Below, one piece after another: positions 37,392-47,699 of a stretch of 64,000 nt of DNA. Below the pieces are notes generated by a model that saw only the letters and a list, made by a program, of their open reading frames with translations, was not told the DNA's origin and made no database searches. The first letter of the stretch is position 1, and each line of letters opens with the position of its first letter. Origin of the DNA: a phage. The stretch lies in NCBI GenBank assembly GCA_037574385.1, contig GCA_037574385.1_4529.1; one strand, 5' to 3'. The position numbers were made by a program, and so were the translations under genes.

Positions 37392-38563
37392 TCCGGGTAC
37401 CTCAAAGCGTCATCAGAGTTAGTTATATCAATAATAGATATAGAGTTTTCTGCTAACCCATTTTTAGATAATTGACGTTTATAATATCTTTCACAATATG
37501 TACACGTTGACCCACAGATTTCATTAGCACAATCAAAATCAGGATGTCTGAACCACCTTTTTTCTAAAAAGCCATCTAACAAAGAGGTTTCAATATTTAC
37601 TGTATGTGAAAACTCAGTCTCATTTTCAAGAGTGAAAATAGTCTCTAAAGGCTTCCACAGTTCTAACAAATTACCTTCAAACTTTTCAGAAGCGTATGCT
37701 TCAAGAACTTTCAAAATGTAGTCTGTGCTACCTGTACGTCCTGAAACTTTGAATTGAGTGATACCAATATCATTATAAAGTTTCAAATCTTGAGGACGAA
37801 CAAAACGAGTTCTCAACCAGTTAAATGGGTCTGTATCACGAGCTTTAATACAGTGCTGCATTGGATATCCATTTAAGGATTTAGCATCATCAGCTGTAAC
37901 ATCAGTACTATGGAAAATATAGCAAGAGTCACGATAGCTACAATGTGTTGTATACCCTTTACCAGCATTAGAACAGAACTCATTTACAAGAACTTCAAAT
38001 ATTATATTGTTCTTATTGCAAAACTCTGCTGCACGCTTCAGGAAAGAAACTGAACGGTTCTTATGAATTCCACAGCAGACCTTTTTGATATTATATTGGT
38101 CATGCAAGTATTTGATTTGAGTTACGGCATCGACATGTAGAATTGTTGAAACTTCAATCTCAATATCTTTATTGACTTCACGAACAATTTCCATAACAAC
38201 AGGGTTAGCGATAGTAATACGCCATACGCCTATTGACCAAAGATACTGAACATAATCCTGAATAGCTTTCTTCTTCCACTCAACTAGTTCTCTTTTTGAA
38301 CCAGGATTTATCGTGTTGAGTGTATAGTTAAAGCAAATACCTAATTCGTTACAACGTTTAACGTAGTCTTCTAACATCTTTTTGTCAACGTCAGGAAGCC
38401 TAAAATCAGGTCTGGCTGCTACAAAAGCCATTTCTCTTGTAGAGCCATATACTTCGTTTATCAAGCTATTAGGATAGGTTTTATTGAGCTCTACGATTTT
38501 ATCAAGAAGAGCTAAATCAAAATTCGTTCCGATTTTAAAAGTATTCATTTTTTTGCATCTCAC
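37388..38563 (-). CDS. Cys-rich hypothetical protein (391 aa), possibly metal/Fe-S binding
   Basis: Several conserved-looking Cys; C-terminal C-x4-C-x3-C-x2-C (CANEICGSTCTYC). No family assignable by eye. Confidence 0.5.
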   Translation of the reverse strand: MRCKKMNTFKIGTNFDLALLDKIVELNKTYPNSLINEVYGSTREMAFVAARPDFRLPDVDKKMLEDYVKRCNELGICFNYTLNTINPGSKRELVEWKKKAIQDYVQYLWSIGVWRITIANPVVMEIVREVNKDIEIEVSTILHVDAVTQIKYLHDQYNIKKVCCGIHKNRSVSFLKRAAEFCNKNNIIFEVLVNEFCSNAGKGYTTHCSYRDSCYIFHSTDVTADDAKSLNGYPMQHCIKARDTDPFNWLRTRFVRPQDLKLYNDIGITQFKVSGRTGSTDYILKVLEAYASEKFEGNLLELWKPLETIFTLENETEFSHTVNIETSLLDGFLEKRWFRHPDFDCANEICGSTCTYCERYYKRQLSKNGLAENSISIIDITNSDDALRYPE

Positions 38564-38604
38564 GTTAATTGATGCGATGGTTTTTGCAGGTCTTACTTAA
38601 ATTA

Positions 38605-39006
38605 TTATAGATTCGGTTTATATGATTTAAATGTTTCGAATTCGCCTTTATTCATAAGAGCTTTGAATTCGTCAGGACGCATAGCTTTGTCGTCGATAAT
38701 CCAATCATATACTGGTTTATGTGTTAGCAAATTATGGTACTTCAAGCCAATGTTTGCCAAGTTCTGAATCAGACTTGGGAGAATGTCAATTGCTATACGT
38801 CCAGGACCTACTGACTTCATACCACGAGCAGTGTAAAGCGTTATGGTATGCCCTGCATCATACAGGGCATTAATGGCAGACACCATTTCGACGTCTGGTT
38901 TGAAGTTCACGTAATCGCGATTGTTATTCCATTCTGTGATGCAATCATCGACATCAAAACAAAGATTAAGCATGTTTTCTACACGGTGCATTAGATTTGT
39001 TCCCAT
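38605..39006 (-). CDS. small HAD-superfamily phosphatase
   Basis: 133 aa; motif I FDVDDCIT near N-terminus; later T/S and K/D motifs consistent with a capless HAD phosphatase. Confidence 0.55.
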   Translation of the reverse strand: MGTNLMHRVENMLNLCFDVDDCITEWNNNRDYVNFKPDVEMVSAINALYDAGHTITLYTARGMKSVGPGRIAIDILPSLIQNLANIGLKYHNLLTHKPVYDWIIDDKAMRPDEFKALMNKGEFETFKSYKPNL

Positions 39007-40676
39007 TGATGAGTGATATCGCCACCGATTGGACGATAAGAAACACCAGTTTCTTTATCAGTTAGTACCCATTTACCAGGATTTTTTGTAATCAGAGTAG
39101 CCGTTACAGGTTCTGCTACGTCATAACTAATAGAGCCGTCTTGAAGTACACGGCCCATGTTACGTAATTGCTTAGTTAGAAGTTCCATACCTTTATAATA
39201 TGCGGCTACCGCTTTAAGTGGATTATTCTTGAAATAACCACCTAATGCAATCCAGATAATTGCCACTGCCAAATGATGATACTCGTTAAACGAACTCATC
39301 TTTCCATATTTGTAAACTAATGGATTGATGTTAATAGTCACATTACAAGTTGTTTCATCAATAATAAACTGGCCCCAGGTCGGATTAGCGTTGAATTCAT
39401 CATAACCTGAAACAGCATAAAGCACTTTAGCTTCATCATACAATTTTGGCCCGTAAATCTTGGTTTCACCAAAATATCCACGAGGGTCGATAAACTTGAC
39501 TTCGCCGTTATCAGTAATCATAGTATTACTGAAGTTCGGGTCACCGTGAATAACAGAGTACTGTCCCTGAGAACGGTTATGATAACGAATAAGGTGTTCT
39601 AAAGCTTGTTTCAGCATTGGCTTCAGACGTCCAATCTTAGTGTAGTTCACGTGTGTGATTTTACCAAATGAATCAATCAATGGCTGAATGCTTTCACAAC
39701 GATCAATAACTTTCGTATAGAACTCTTTAGTGAAATCACGACGAACAGTTTCAGGACTTACAAAATAAATGTCTGTGTTAAATTTCAGTGCATCTAAAAT
39801 TGCATCAATAATTTGTGGACGAGCAAGACTTGATTTGGATTTAATATATTCAAATGCTGGCTTACCTTTAATGCGTTCCATTTCAAAGTTATTTTCATTA
39901 ACAGAAACTAACTGAGGAACTGAATCTGATTTCACTTTCAAATACCATGAAATCTCATCTTTTTGAAGAGCTCGACCTTGTTCAGTTAATGCGAATTTAG
40001 TTACAGTTTCTTCACCAATTTCAACCGCATTAAAACTACGATTAAGTTCACGAACTTCATGAGCTTTTTCAAGTTTAGGCATATCACCAAGGTCGATGAT
40101 ATTCATAAGCTCTGATTTATTGAATGCGCCGCTGTAAAGGAATTCTACAAAATCACGTCCTTTGCAGTATTCGTGAATTTCCTCATCAGTAGAACCCATG
40201 TAGAATTCCCAGTCTTTGAACTGATAAATTCCTACAACATTACCGCCTGTTGCACCTACATTAGTGATATTTTCACCATCGAAATTATATCGACATTCAT
40301 CACCTTTAACATAGATTGCGTTAACATTCCAAGACCATGAACCAAAATCAGGAATAATATCACACCAGTTAACAACTACGTTATGGCCGTCTAAATCTTT
40401 GTGTAATTTAGCAAGAGCATAAGCAGAACCATACGCTTCATCAACTGTACGAATAGTCACATTGAACCCTTCTTGCTCACAATAAGCTCGAACAGTTTCA
40501 GCAAATTTTGAATGAACTACTACAATAATTTCATCTGCGCCAAGGTCAGAATAAATTGTATACAAATTGCTCAGAATAGTGTCTTGTTTATAGTTCACAA
40601 GAACTTTTGGAATATGGTGAGTAATTGGATATAAACGAGTTGCCAATCCAGCACCAAGAATAACAGCTTTTTTCAT
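38991..40676 (-). CDS. bifunctional sugar-1-phosphate nucleotidyltransferase / APH-type anomeric sugar kinase
   Basis: 561 aa; N-terminal ILGAGLATRLYP (G-x-G-x-R nucleotidyltransferase signature); C-terminal HGDPNFSNTMI...KFIDPRG matching the APH/choline-kinase catalytic loop. Confidence 0.65.
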   Translation of the reverse strand: MKKAVILGAGLATRLYPITHHIPKVLVNYKQDTILSNLYTIYSDLGADEIIVVVHSKFAETVRAYCEQEGFNVTIRTVDEAYGSAYALAKLHKDLDGHNVVVNWCDIIPDFGSWSWNVNAIYVKGDECRYNFDGENITNVGATGGNVVGIYQFKDWEFYMGSTDEEIHEYCKGRDFVEFLYSGAFNKSELMNIIDLGDMPKLEKAHEVRELNRSFNAVEIGEETVTKFALTEQGRALQKDEISWYLKVKSDSVPQLVSVNENNFEMERIKGKPAFEYIKSKSSLARPQIIDAILDALKFNTDIYFVSPETVRRDFTKEFYTKVIDRCESIQPLIDSFGKITHVNYTKIGRLKPMLKQALEHLIRYHNRSQGQYSVIHGDPNFSNTMITDNGEVKFIDPRGYFGETKIYGPKLYDEAKVLYAVSGYDEFNANPTWGQFIIDETTCNVTININPLVYKYGKMSSFNEYHHLAVAIIWIALGGYFKNNPLKAVAAYYKGMELLTKQLRNMGRVLQDGSISYDVAEPVTATLITKNPGKWVLTDKETGVSYRPIGGDITHQWEQI

Positions 40677-40713
40677 GTTGAAGTCCTCATTGGTAAGTAG
40701 GTGTATTGTACAC

Positions 40714-40860
40714 TATTCTAGTTAAAGCATTCATACTTTGCCTGTAGACCAATCATAATCCATCCAATTACAAGTGTTGGAATCATTACTGGAGCCGTTA
40801 AGCTCCAGTAGATAGTCATGACAAGCATCAATAGTAAAAGTCCTATTGTTATTGCTTTCA
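40714..40860 (-). CDS. possible small membrane protein (~48 aa, below threshold); positional candidate for Imm-like protein
   Basis: Hand translation MKAITIGLLLLMLVMTIYWSLTAPVMIPTLVIGWIMIGLQAKYECFN; ATG overlaps the upstream stop (ATGA). Confidence 0.35.
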
Positions 40861-41493
40861 TTGTTCGCCTCGTAACATGGCACCTAGTGCACCGCCAGGG
40901 TGGAACTTAAGGAAATCATTAGAGGTAAATCCGCGTTCAGACGAAAGGTTGATAGCGAACGTATCGATAAGCGCTAACAACAATGTAGTGGACATAGTCG
41001 GAGCTAAAGAGTTCTCGTCAACTTCTACCGCGATACCGGTACAGAATGTATAATCAAAAAGAGCTTCGTATTCTTGTGGAATGTCAGGGTTACAATGTAA
41101 CAGAATCTGTTTAACCTGAGGACGAATCATACGAAGATGTTTAGCAACACCTATCATTTCTTCAGTCTTACCAGAACGACTGATGTGAACTAATACATCA
41201 TTAGGTGCAATGAATCCTGCATCACCGTGAGAATAATGCCCAGTGTTCAAATACATGCTAGGAATACCTAGTGAAGCAAAAGTCTCGGAAGCTTTAGTTG
41301 CGATATTAGCGTTCTTACCAACACCTGTAATAATTACACGACTTTCATAATTACTCAGTCCTGGGCGTCGAAGAGTTTCTAGAATAGCATTATAACGAGC
41401 AGGGTTTTGACTAATTACTTTGGCCATAGCGGCCAAAGAAGAAGCTTGTTTTATGATTGCGTCAATAGCGATAGTGATTGGTGTAGTTTTCAT
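40858..41493 (-). CDS. SIS-domain sugar-phosphate isomerase, D-arabinose-5-phosphate isomerase (KdsD/GutQ)-like
   Basis: 211 aa; ITGVGKNANIATKASETFASLGIPS matches the SIS phosphosugar-binding motif; single SIS domain without CBS domains. Confidence 0.65.
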   Translation of the reverse strand: MKTTPITIAIDAIIKQASSLAAMAKVISQNPARYNAILETLRRPGLSNYESRVIITGVGKNANIATKASETFASLGIPSMYLNTGHYSHGDAGFIAPNDVLVHISRSGKTEEMIGVAKHLRMIRPQVKQILLHCNPDIPQEYEALFDYTFCTGIAVEVDENSLAPTMSTTLLLALIDTFAINLSSERGFTSNDFLKFHPGGALGAMLRGEQ

Positions 41494-41533
41494 ATTTCTC
41501 TCATTTAATTAGTTTACCGTCCTTGGCATTATA

Positions 41534-44245
41534 TCAAAAATCGAACATATCGAACAGAGATGCTTTCTTCTCGTAATCGAGTTTCGCTGCTGATGTGAAT
41601 CCTTCAAGTGGTTTAATAAATGTCTTCTCAAGGAGAACCGTGTAGTCCATCCAATGAAGTACGTCGTCTTTAATTAAATCTGTGATTTCAGTACCAGAAG
41701 GCCATGCGATACATTTATCACCGAATGGGTTTCCTTCACGTAAAGGCAGAACATATACTTTTTCACCTTCTACAACTTGTGGTGCATCAATATTACCTTT
41801 GATAGCCCGGTTATACGTTAGAATTCCACGAATATGGAACGGGCATTTGGGACCCGGGAATCCACCTACATCATATTTAGCAATGTTATTCGCAGAAGAT
41901 ACCGACGCGATGCTAATATAATTCAATTGACGGAATTCTTTTTCAAACTCTTTAAAATACTCTTGTAATGATTCTTCACCTTCCTGAAGCATACGACGAA
42001 TACATTCCTTAAGAGCTTTCTGTACCGCTTTAGGAGTTGAAGATTTCTGTGTTTCGAGACCCATGATTTTGAGTTTAGGCTTAGCGTAACGAGTACCTTC
42101 CATATCCCACACGTTTAATGCATAACGTTTCTTACCAGTCCAAAATCCGCCAATACCTTTAGAACCGAGCGGAGGACCAGCGATAGCTTCTCGGTCCATG
42201 AACATCAAATGTTGCTTATTATTCATGTATTCGCACATTTCACGGAAACCTCTATCAATAGCAGGTTCCATACGTTCACGAGCGAACTTATCTAAGAAGT
42301 CTACCCAATGGTTGGTATCACGGAATTTAGATTCACCAACCTTATCAATAATTTTATCTGCAGATACATAAATGGAGTCTGTATCACCGTATAGAACGAA
42401 AGCTTCACCTTCTGTACCACAAACTTCGTTCAGATATTCATTAACTTTACGTTCAATCCACTGTAAAGCCATTTGCCCGAATGTTGTGATTGCAGTAGCA
42501 TTACGCAAATCATAATAACGGAACCAAACGTTGCCAAGTGCACCATAAAGTGAGTTGATAAGCAATTTACGGTTAATCTGTGCAGTCATACCTGCAACTT
42601 CAGTACGTTGAGCTCTAAACAACATTTCATTAAGAGATTTAGCAGACAACTTTTTAATCTTTTCTTTAATCTCGTCAGTGAAGTCGAAACGATAATCAAC
42701 ATCTAATGGTTCGTCAACAGAAAGATTAGGATTATGCAATGCCTCTTTAATTATTTCACCATTACGTTGAGCTGCAAGCATGTAACCTTTATGTTCTTTA
42801 CGCTGATTAAAGACCTTAGTGATTTCAGTTGGAACTACACCATCACGGTCTTTATAATACATCATGCCATTAGGAGAGCAACTGTACACATCTGAAGGAC
42901 GTTCAGCAACAGCGTTAATATAATCATGTAATGGAGCTACTTTAAACGTTCCTGCTATTGTTTCTGGGCTAATATTCACTTGGCGAATAATACTTGGATA
43001 CAGAGATGTAAGGTCGAAACTCATTACATATTTGTATCGATTTGGAATAGGTTCCTTAACAAAAGCGCCTGGGTAAGGTTGAACCGGGTGAGAACGACCT
43101 TGTGGAATCACCTTGTTCTGCTCTTTAAGGCTATTAAAAATAATAGCATCCCATGTTTTAATTGGGCTAAACACAGATTGAATCTGTATCTTAGCATAAT
43201 AACCCATGTCCAAACTCAAGTTGATGAACTGACGCTTAGCATCAATTTGCAATACACGATACACGTCGATAATGTTATAAGAAATATATCGTTGGTGATT
43301 GCTTTCACGAAGCTTAGAAATAGGGCCGTCATATTTCAGTTTACCAACGTTCAATTCAAATTCTGAAATGTAATCCAGAGAATACGACGGTTGATTGGTA
43401 AAAGAGAATTTTTTGTAAAGGTCAATGTAATCAAGAACAGAGATACCGAACAATGTAATGATTTCACGAGAACCATACATGTTTTCGATAACTTTAACAT
43501 GAGTTTTACGATGTGGTGATAAACGTTTCGCAGTAGATTCGCCAAAAATATTCTTGATTCGGTTATACACATATGGAATATCAAATGACTCAACGTTCCA
43601 TCCGGTTAAAATGACAGGAGTTTTCTGTTGCCAGAAGTTGAGATATTCCATCAACAATTCTTTTTCGTTATCGAACGGCATATAAATGATTTTATCAATA
43701 ATTTCGGATGGAACTTCATCACCACCTTGTTCTTGAAGCTTAGCAGCGATTTCAATAGACCATTCTTCTACATTACCATATGGAGAATTCAATAGATCAA
43801 ATACGTAAAACCTGTCGTCAATTGAGTCATAATGAGTGATAGCATCAATCGGATGTTTTGCTTGTGACGGCTCAGGGAACCCATCCGGAGATGTTACTTC
43901 GATGTCGAAGTTAGCCACACGAATTTTTGTATGGTCGTATTTGATTTCATAGTTATAAGTGTCAGACAAATACGCCAATTTGAAATCGTCCATGCCAAGT
44001 GCTTCAAGTCCGATATCTTCCATGCGTTTAATCCATTGGGAGGCATCACGCATATTAGCGAACAACTTACGAGTACACGACTTACCGTAGATATCGAAAT
44101 ATTTCGTAGCCTGACTTTCTGGACAATGAGCAAACAGTGATGGTTTATATTCTACTTCACGAGTACGTTCACGGCCATTAGAATCGATGTAACGTTCAAA
44201 AATTGAATCACCGATCTGTTCAACCGTTAAGTAAAATTCTTTCAT
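41534..44245 (-). CDS. 43: DNA polymerase gp43 (family B)
   Basis: 903 aa; exonuclease motifs, YGDTDS polymerase motif; N-terminus MKEFYLTVEQIGDSIFERYIDSNGRERTREVEYKPSLFAH... matches my memory of RB69 gp43. Confidence 0.97.
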   Translation of the reverse strand: MKEFYLTVEQIGDSIFERYIDSNGRERTREVEYKPSLFAHCPESQATKYFDIYGKSCTRKLFANMRDASQWIKRMEDIGLEALGMDDFKLAYLSDTYNYEIKYDHTKIRVANFDIEVTSPDGFPEPSQAKHPIDAITHYDSIDDRFYVFDLLNSPYGNVEEWSIEIAAKLQEQGGDEVPSEIIDKIIYMPFDNEKELLMEYLNFWQQKTPVILTGWNVESFDIPYVYNRIKNIFGESTAKRLSPHRKTHVKVIENMYGSREIITLFGISVLDYIDLYKKFSFTNQPSYSLDYISEFELNVGKLKYDGPISKLRESNHQRYISYNIIDVYRVLQIDAKRQFINLSLDMGYYAKIQIQSVFSPIKTWDAIIFNSLKEQNKVIPQGRSHPVQPYPGAFVKEPIPNRYKYVMSFDLTSLYPSIIRQVNISPETIAGTFKVAPLHDYINAVAERPSDVYSCSPNGMMYYKDRDGVVPTEITKVFNQRKEHKGYMLAAQRNGEIIKEALHNPNLSVDEPLDVDYRFDFTDEIKEKIKKLSAKSLNEMLFRAQRTEVAGMTAQINRKLLINSLYGALGNVWFRYYDLRNATAITTFGQMALQWIERKVNEYLNEVCGTEGEAFVLYGDTDSIYVSADKIIDKVGESKFRDTNHWVDFLDKFARERMEPAIDRGFREMCEYMNNKQHLMFMDREAIAGPPLGSKGIGGFWTGKKRYALNVWDMEGTRYAKPKLKIMGLETQKSSTPKAVQKALKECIRRMLQEGEESLQEYFKEFEKEFRQLNYISIASVSSANNIAKYDVGGFPGPKCPFHIRGILTYNRAIKGNIDAPQVVEGEKVYVLPLREGNPFGDKCIAWPSGTEITDLIKDDVLHWMDYTVLLEKTFIKPLEGFTSAAKLDYEKKASLFDMFDF

Positions 44246-44291
44246 TTAATTTCCTTTAGACGAGTTATTGTCTTTTGTTTGTTGATGAACT

Positions 44292-44323
44292 TATTATACT
44301 CCAAATGGGACCGAAGTCCCATT
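44292..44323 (-). promoter_or_regulatory. UUCG hairpin immediately followed by -10 TATAAT between regA and 43
   Basis: Minus strand CAAUGGGAC-UUCG-GUCCCAUU then TGGAGTATAAT. Confidence 0.5.
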
Positions 44324-44326
44324 GCT

Positions 44327-44704
44327 TTAATTACCAATTGTATATTTTGCTTTCAAAGTCCAGTCATCTTTCTGTTTAAAAGAGATAACTCGGAAGTTAT
44401 TAGTCAGGCTAAATAGATCTTCACGAGCAGAGTCTTCAATAACAATCAATCCCCAGTCTTCAAGCAACTGAGCAATCGAATCACGTCGCTGATAGTCTTC
44501 GCCGTCAATATCAACCTGGCGTCCATCCATACGCAACATTTCTTTAAAGTGGACAATATAGTACTTACCTTGCTTTTGGAGGATATGACAAGACTGGTAA
44601 AGGACTTTATCTTTGTTATTAGCGATGCCCATACGGGTCAAAGTCTCTTTGACTTTCAGAAAATCTTCAGGGTTCTTCAATTTAATTTCAATCATTTTTA
44701 CCAT
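44327..44704 (-). CDS. regA: translational repressor RegA
   Basis: 125 aa; ...[51 protein letters not shown]...[12 protein letters not shown]...KYTIGN matches T4 RegA. Confidence 0.95.
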   Translation of the reverse strand: MVKMIEIKLKNPEDFLKVKETLTRMGIANNKDKVLYQSCHILQKQGKYYIVHFKEMLRMDGRQVDIDGEDYQRRDSIAQLLEDWGLIVIEDSAREDLFSLTNNFRVISFKQKDDWTLKAKYTIGN

Positions 44705-45261
44705 TCCAATGCTAATTTTTTAAATTGTTTTTGTTCTTTCACGTTTTTGGTAACTTCTTTGAGAAATTCATCAGTGACCATGGCCTTCAGTTCTTTAAGG
44801 ACTATTGGCAACTTGTTATTTTTTTCAAGGAGCCGCTTATACTCGGTAGCATCATTCATGTTGATTGTGTAATGTTTCATCAACAGTTTGATAACTAGTA
44901 ACTCTGAAGTGTCTTCGACTAGTTTAGCCCATTTAGAGAATCGACGACCACGCGGAATTGCCGCCATCATATAGTTGAAGTGCGCTTCATCACTTAATTC
45001 AGAACCGACTAAGTTCATCATGTAAACGGCTGGCATACATTCTGGGAACTGGGATAATGAGTTCTCAACCATAAATTTTGAGTAGTCGACCTGAGCAATT
45101 GACATAGATTTCTTTTCGTTAATAGCATTAATGATTTTAAAGAATTCATTCTCAGGTTTTTCTTTAAACATATCAGCACATTTTTGAATCGCATCAGCGT
45201 CATTAGACTTCCATGCAATTTGGTGCTCGTTAAGCTGGACGTCATCATCGAATAAGTTCAT
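44698..45261 (-). CDS. 62: clamp loader small subunit gp62
   Basis: 187 aa; ...QLNEHQ.AW.S.D...FKEK.ENEFF.II.AIN.K...[25 protein letters not shown]... matches T4 gp62. Confidence 0.9.
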   Translation of the reverse strand: MNLFDDDVQLNEHQIAWKSNDADAIQKCADMFKEKPENEFFKIINAINEKKSMSIAQVDYSKFMVENSLSQFPECMPAVYMMNLVGSELSDEAHFNYMMAAIPRGRRFSKWAKLVEDTSELLVIKLLMKHYTINMNDATEYKRLLEKNNKLPIVLKELKAMVTDEFLKEVTKNVKEQKQFKKLALEW

Positions 45262-45262
45262 A

Positions 45263-46225
45263 TTATTTCCAAGTCAGTTCGCAGGTCAGCTGAAGAAGCA
45301 TATACATAACATGTAATTCAATATTACTTGCTAGTCCATGAAACTTATTATTTTCGCCTGCAATTTCGTAAAGCGAAATAATACTTTTACCAGGTGCAAC
45401 TTGGTCATAACATTCTGAAACTAATTTATCGATGAACCACGAATAATCTGCAGCATATTTTGGAGCTAATGCACGAAGCTGTTTGATATCTTTGTTCTTC
45501 ATTGCTTCGATAACATCAGAGACTGTGCCACGGTCATTAGTTACGATAGACAGAATACCTGCATCAAGAACACCTTTAGACGAGTACTGGTCTAATTGGC
45601 CGATTGTGCGACGAAAGTCTGGGAAGTTCTTTTTAACCAGAGCTGCAACAACTTTCATATCAGCGATTTCGATATTTTCGTTCTTACAGATTTCAACCAT
45701 ACGATGAATCATTTTCTTCATCATCGAGATTTTATCTTCTTCGGTTGGACGACCGAATTCGATAACTCGACAACGGCTACGTAATGGTTCAATAATTCCG
45801 TCAATATTGTTAGCAGTGATAATAATAGAGCAGTTACTAGAGAATTCTTCCATAAACGTACGAAGGTGACGTTGTGATTCGGCGAGGCCACTACGGTCAA
45901 ATTCATCAATAACAATAACTTTAGGCTTGCCTTCCATTGAGACTGAACGAGCGAATGCAGTTAACGGACCACGAACAAAATCAATCTTACAATCAGAACC
46001 GTTGACGAACATCATTTCGGCATTGATATCGTTACATAATGCTTTTGCTACAGTTGTTTTACCTGTACCAGGAGAAGGAGAGTGCAAAATAATATGAGGA
46101 AGTTTTCCTTTAGATACTAAAGACTTGAATGTTTCATGGTCATACGCAGGCAGAATACATTCGTCAATGGAAGAAGGACGATATTTCTGTTCTAGAATGT
46201 GTTCTTTAGAATTGATAGTAATCAT
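45263..46225 (-). CDS. 44: clamp loader ATPase gp44
   Basis: 320 aa AAA+; Walker [11 protein letters not shown]; matches T4 gp44. Confidence 0.95.
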   Translation of the reverse strand: MITINSKEHILEQKYRPSSIDECILPAYDHETFKSLVSKGKLPHIILHSPSPGTGKTTVAKALCNDINAEMMFVNGSDCKIDFVRGPLTAFARSVSMEGKPKVIVIDEFDRSGLAESQRHLRTFMEEFSSNCSIIITANNIDGIIEPLRSRCRVIEFGRPTEEDKISMMKKMIHRMVEICKNENIEIADMKVVAALVKKNFPDFRRTIGQLDQYSSKGVLDAGILSIVTNDRGTVSDVIEAMKNKDIKQLRALAPKYAADYSWFIDKLVSECYDQVAPGKSIISLYEIAGENNKFHGLASNIELHVMYMLLQLTCELTWK

Positions 46226-46300
46226 GTAATTTTCCTCATTATCATTAAACTGGAGGATTTCTCCTCCATAATCGTATCACATTAAACTTAAAGCTTTGAC

Positions 46301-46987
46301 TTAGAAGTCGTGAGTAGAATCGGCTTCCATTGCAATAACATAACTTACTTGAGAGCTTTCAAACTTGGCTGCAACTTTATCACCAGCTCCCCACAACATT
46401 ACTTTATAGTTACCTGGCTGGATTTTCATATTAGCCATATTGATTACGAAGTTAAAGTTATTAGAACCATCATAATCGGTAAGAGTCAAAGAATACTTAG
46501 GACGAGTTAGTCCAGAATCTTCAACTTTATTATAACCGTTGATAACAATTTTACCATCTTTATTTGTAATAGCAATTGTATCAATCTGAAGACCACGTGA
46601 AACTCGAAGCAATTGTTGAAGGTCCTCAGCTTTAATTTCAGTAATCACCGAAGCCACCGGGAATTGAATTGGCTTATTAGGAAAAACAATGGTGCTCTTG
46701 TCGGCAGCAGGCCAATAAACTGTGGAACGTGTATCTGCAATTTTAATATTGCCATCGGTGTGCATTGAAATTTCAGCATCATCAGACACTAGACTCAAAA
46801 TGCTTAAGAAGCTATTCAAATCATAAAGTGCTACGTCAAAATCAATTTCATCAGAGATATTTGCTTCCGCATAAGTGGTGCCATTAACTGCACGAGTCAT
46901 AATAAATTTACCTTGACTCAGCAGAATGCCTGAGTTAATAGAGGCAAAGTTTTTCAGAATAGCGATAGTATCTTTAGACAGTTTCAT
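46301..46987 (-). CDS. 45: sliding clamp gp45 (start at MKLSKDT)
   Basis: Track ORF starts 15 nt upstream (to 47002); MKLSKDT..LKNFA.INSGI...FIMTRAVNGTTYAEANISD... matches T4 gp45. Confidence 0.9.
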   Translation of the reverse strand: MKLSKDTIAILKNFASINSGILLSQGKFIMTRAVNGTTYAEANISDEIDFDVALYDLNSFLSILSLVSDDAEISMHTDGNIKIADTRSTVYWPAADKSTIVFPNKPIQFPVASVITEIKAEDLQQLLRVSRGLQIDTIAITNKDGKIVINGYNKVEDSGLTRPKYSLTLTDYDGSNNFNFVINMANMKIQPGNYKVMLWGAGDKVAAKFESSQVSYVIAMEADSTHDF

Positions 46988-47027
46988 TTTATTTCCTTTC
47001 AAGACAATTCAAAGTTTAACAAATTTA

Positions 47028-47444
47028 TTATGCAGCAACCATTTGCTTTTTAATAGCTTCAGGCAGTGATTCAATATATTCTGGAATTTTAGAAGCAACA
47101 ATTTCGCCGGCTGCAATTAGTTGTTCGTCGGCATCAACACAATAGAAATCTTCCAGGCGCTCAGAACCATCTTTATCAAGAACGATTTTTCCACCAGCTT
47201 CAATAGAATCTTTATAGTGCTTACGCATCAGATGAATCCACATATCAGATACATCGTTATCAATAAAACCATAAATCATAAAACGAGTTTCTTGTGGCAA
47301 AGATTGAAGCTTTTTAGCACTTGCGTCATCACAATGCAGGACCCATGCTTTACGAACACGATTATGGTTATGCGGGTTAGCGTCAGTACGGATAGAAGTA
47401 ACTTTCAGATCAGCAGCAGTGAAACCTTTAGCAGTAGTAAACAT
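47028..47444 (-). CDS. rpbA: RNA polymerase binding protein RpbA
   Basis: 138-aa ORF directly downstream of 45 as in T4. Confidence 0.65.
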   Translation of the reverse strand: MFTTAKGFTAADLKVTSIRTDANPHNHNRVRKAWVLHCDDASAKKLQSLPQETRFMIYGFIDNDVSDMWIHLMRKHYKDSIEAGGKIVLDKDGSERLEDFYCVDADEQLIAAGEIVASKIPEYIESLPEAIKKQMVAA

Positions 47445-47456
47445 ATTATTTCTCTC

Positions 47457-47657
47457 TTATTCGTAGAAGTCGGTAACTGTCCATGCGGAATTGCGATTAG
47501 ACATTATTTTATTATACTCATCTTTAAAAGCAGATTTGAGCATTTGTTCAGTAACAATATGTTCTTCACCTGAAAACGTATTGGTCAAAACATATTTTTT
47601 AATTTCAGGGACAACGAGAAGATGATGTCCGGTTGAATACTCCATGTTGTTCTCCAT
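47457..47657 (-). CDS. 45.2-like small protein (66 aa)
   Basis: Short ORF between 46 and rpbA as in T4. Confidence 0.55.
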   Translation of the reverse strand: MENNMEYSTGHHLLVVPEIKKYVLTNTFSGEEHIVTEQMLKSAFKDEYNKIMSNRNSAWTVTDFYE

Positions 47658-47699
47658 TTAATTTGATGTGGTCATTATAACCACATCGTGTTAAAGCGT

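Noticed and set aside
37388-38563. Calling the 391-aa protein a radical SAM enzyme or U32 peptidase
   Set aside because: The Cys cluster is C-terminal rather than the N-terminal CxxxCxxC of radical SAM, and the U32 signature does not match well. Left as a Cys-rich unknown.
37388-41493. Alternative reading of the sugar cassette as a Kdo (KdsD-KdsA-KdsC-KdsB) pathway
   Set aside because: The nucleotidyltransferase carries the sugar-1-phosphate G-x-G-x-R signature and is fused to an anomeric kinase, not a KdsB-like CMP-Kdo synthetase, and no KdsA-like aldolase is recognisable. Free-sugar activation fits better.
42980-44140. Track ORFs inside gene 43 (41682-41921, 42980-43366, 43351-43593, 43894-44140)
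   Set aside because: Shadow ORFs within the DNA polymerase gene; no RBS context, AT-rich codon artefacts.
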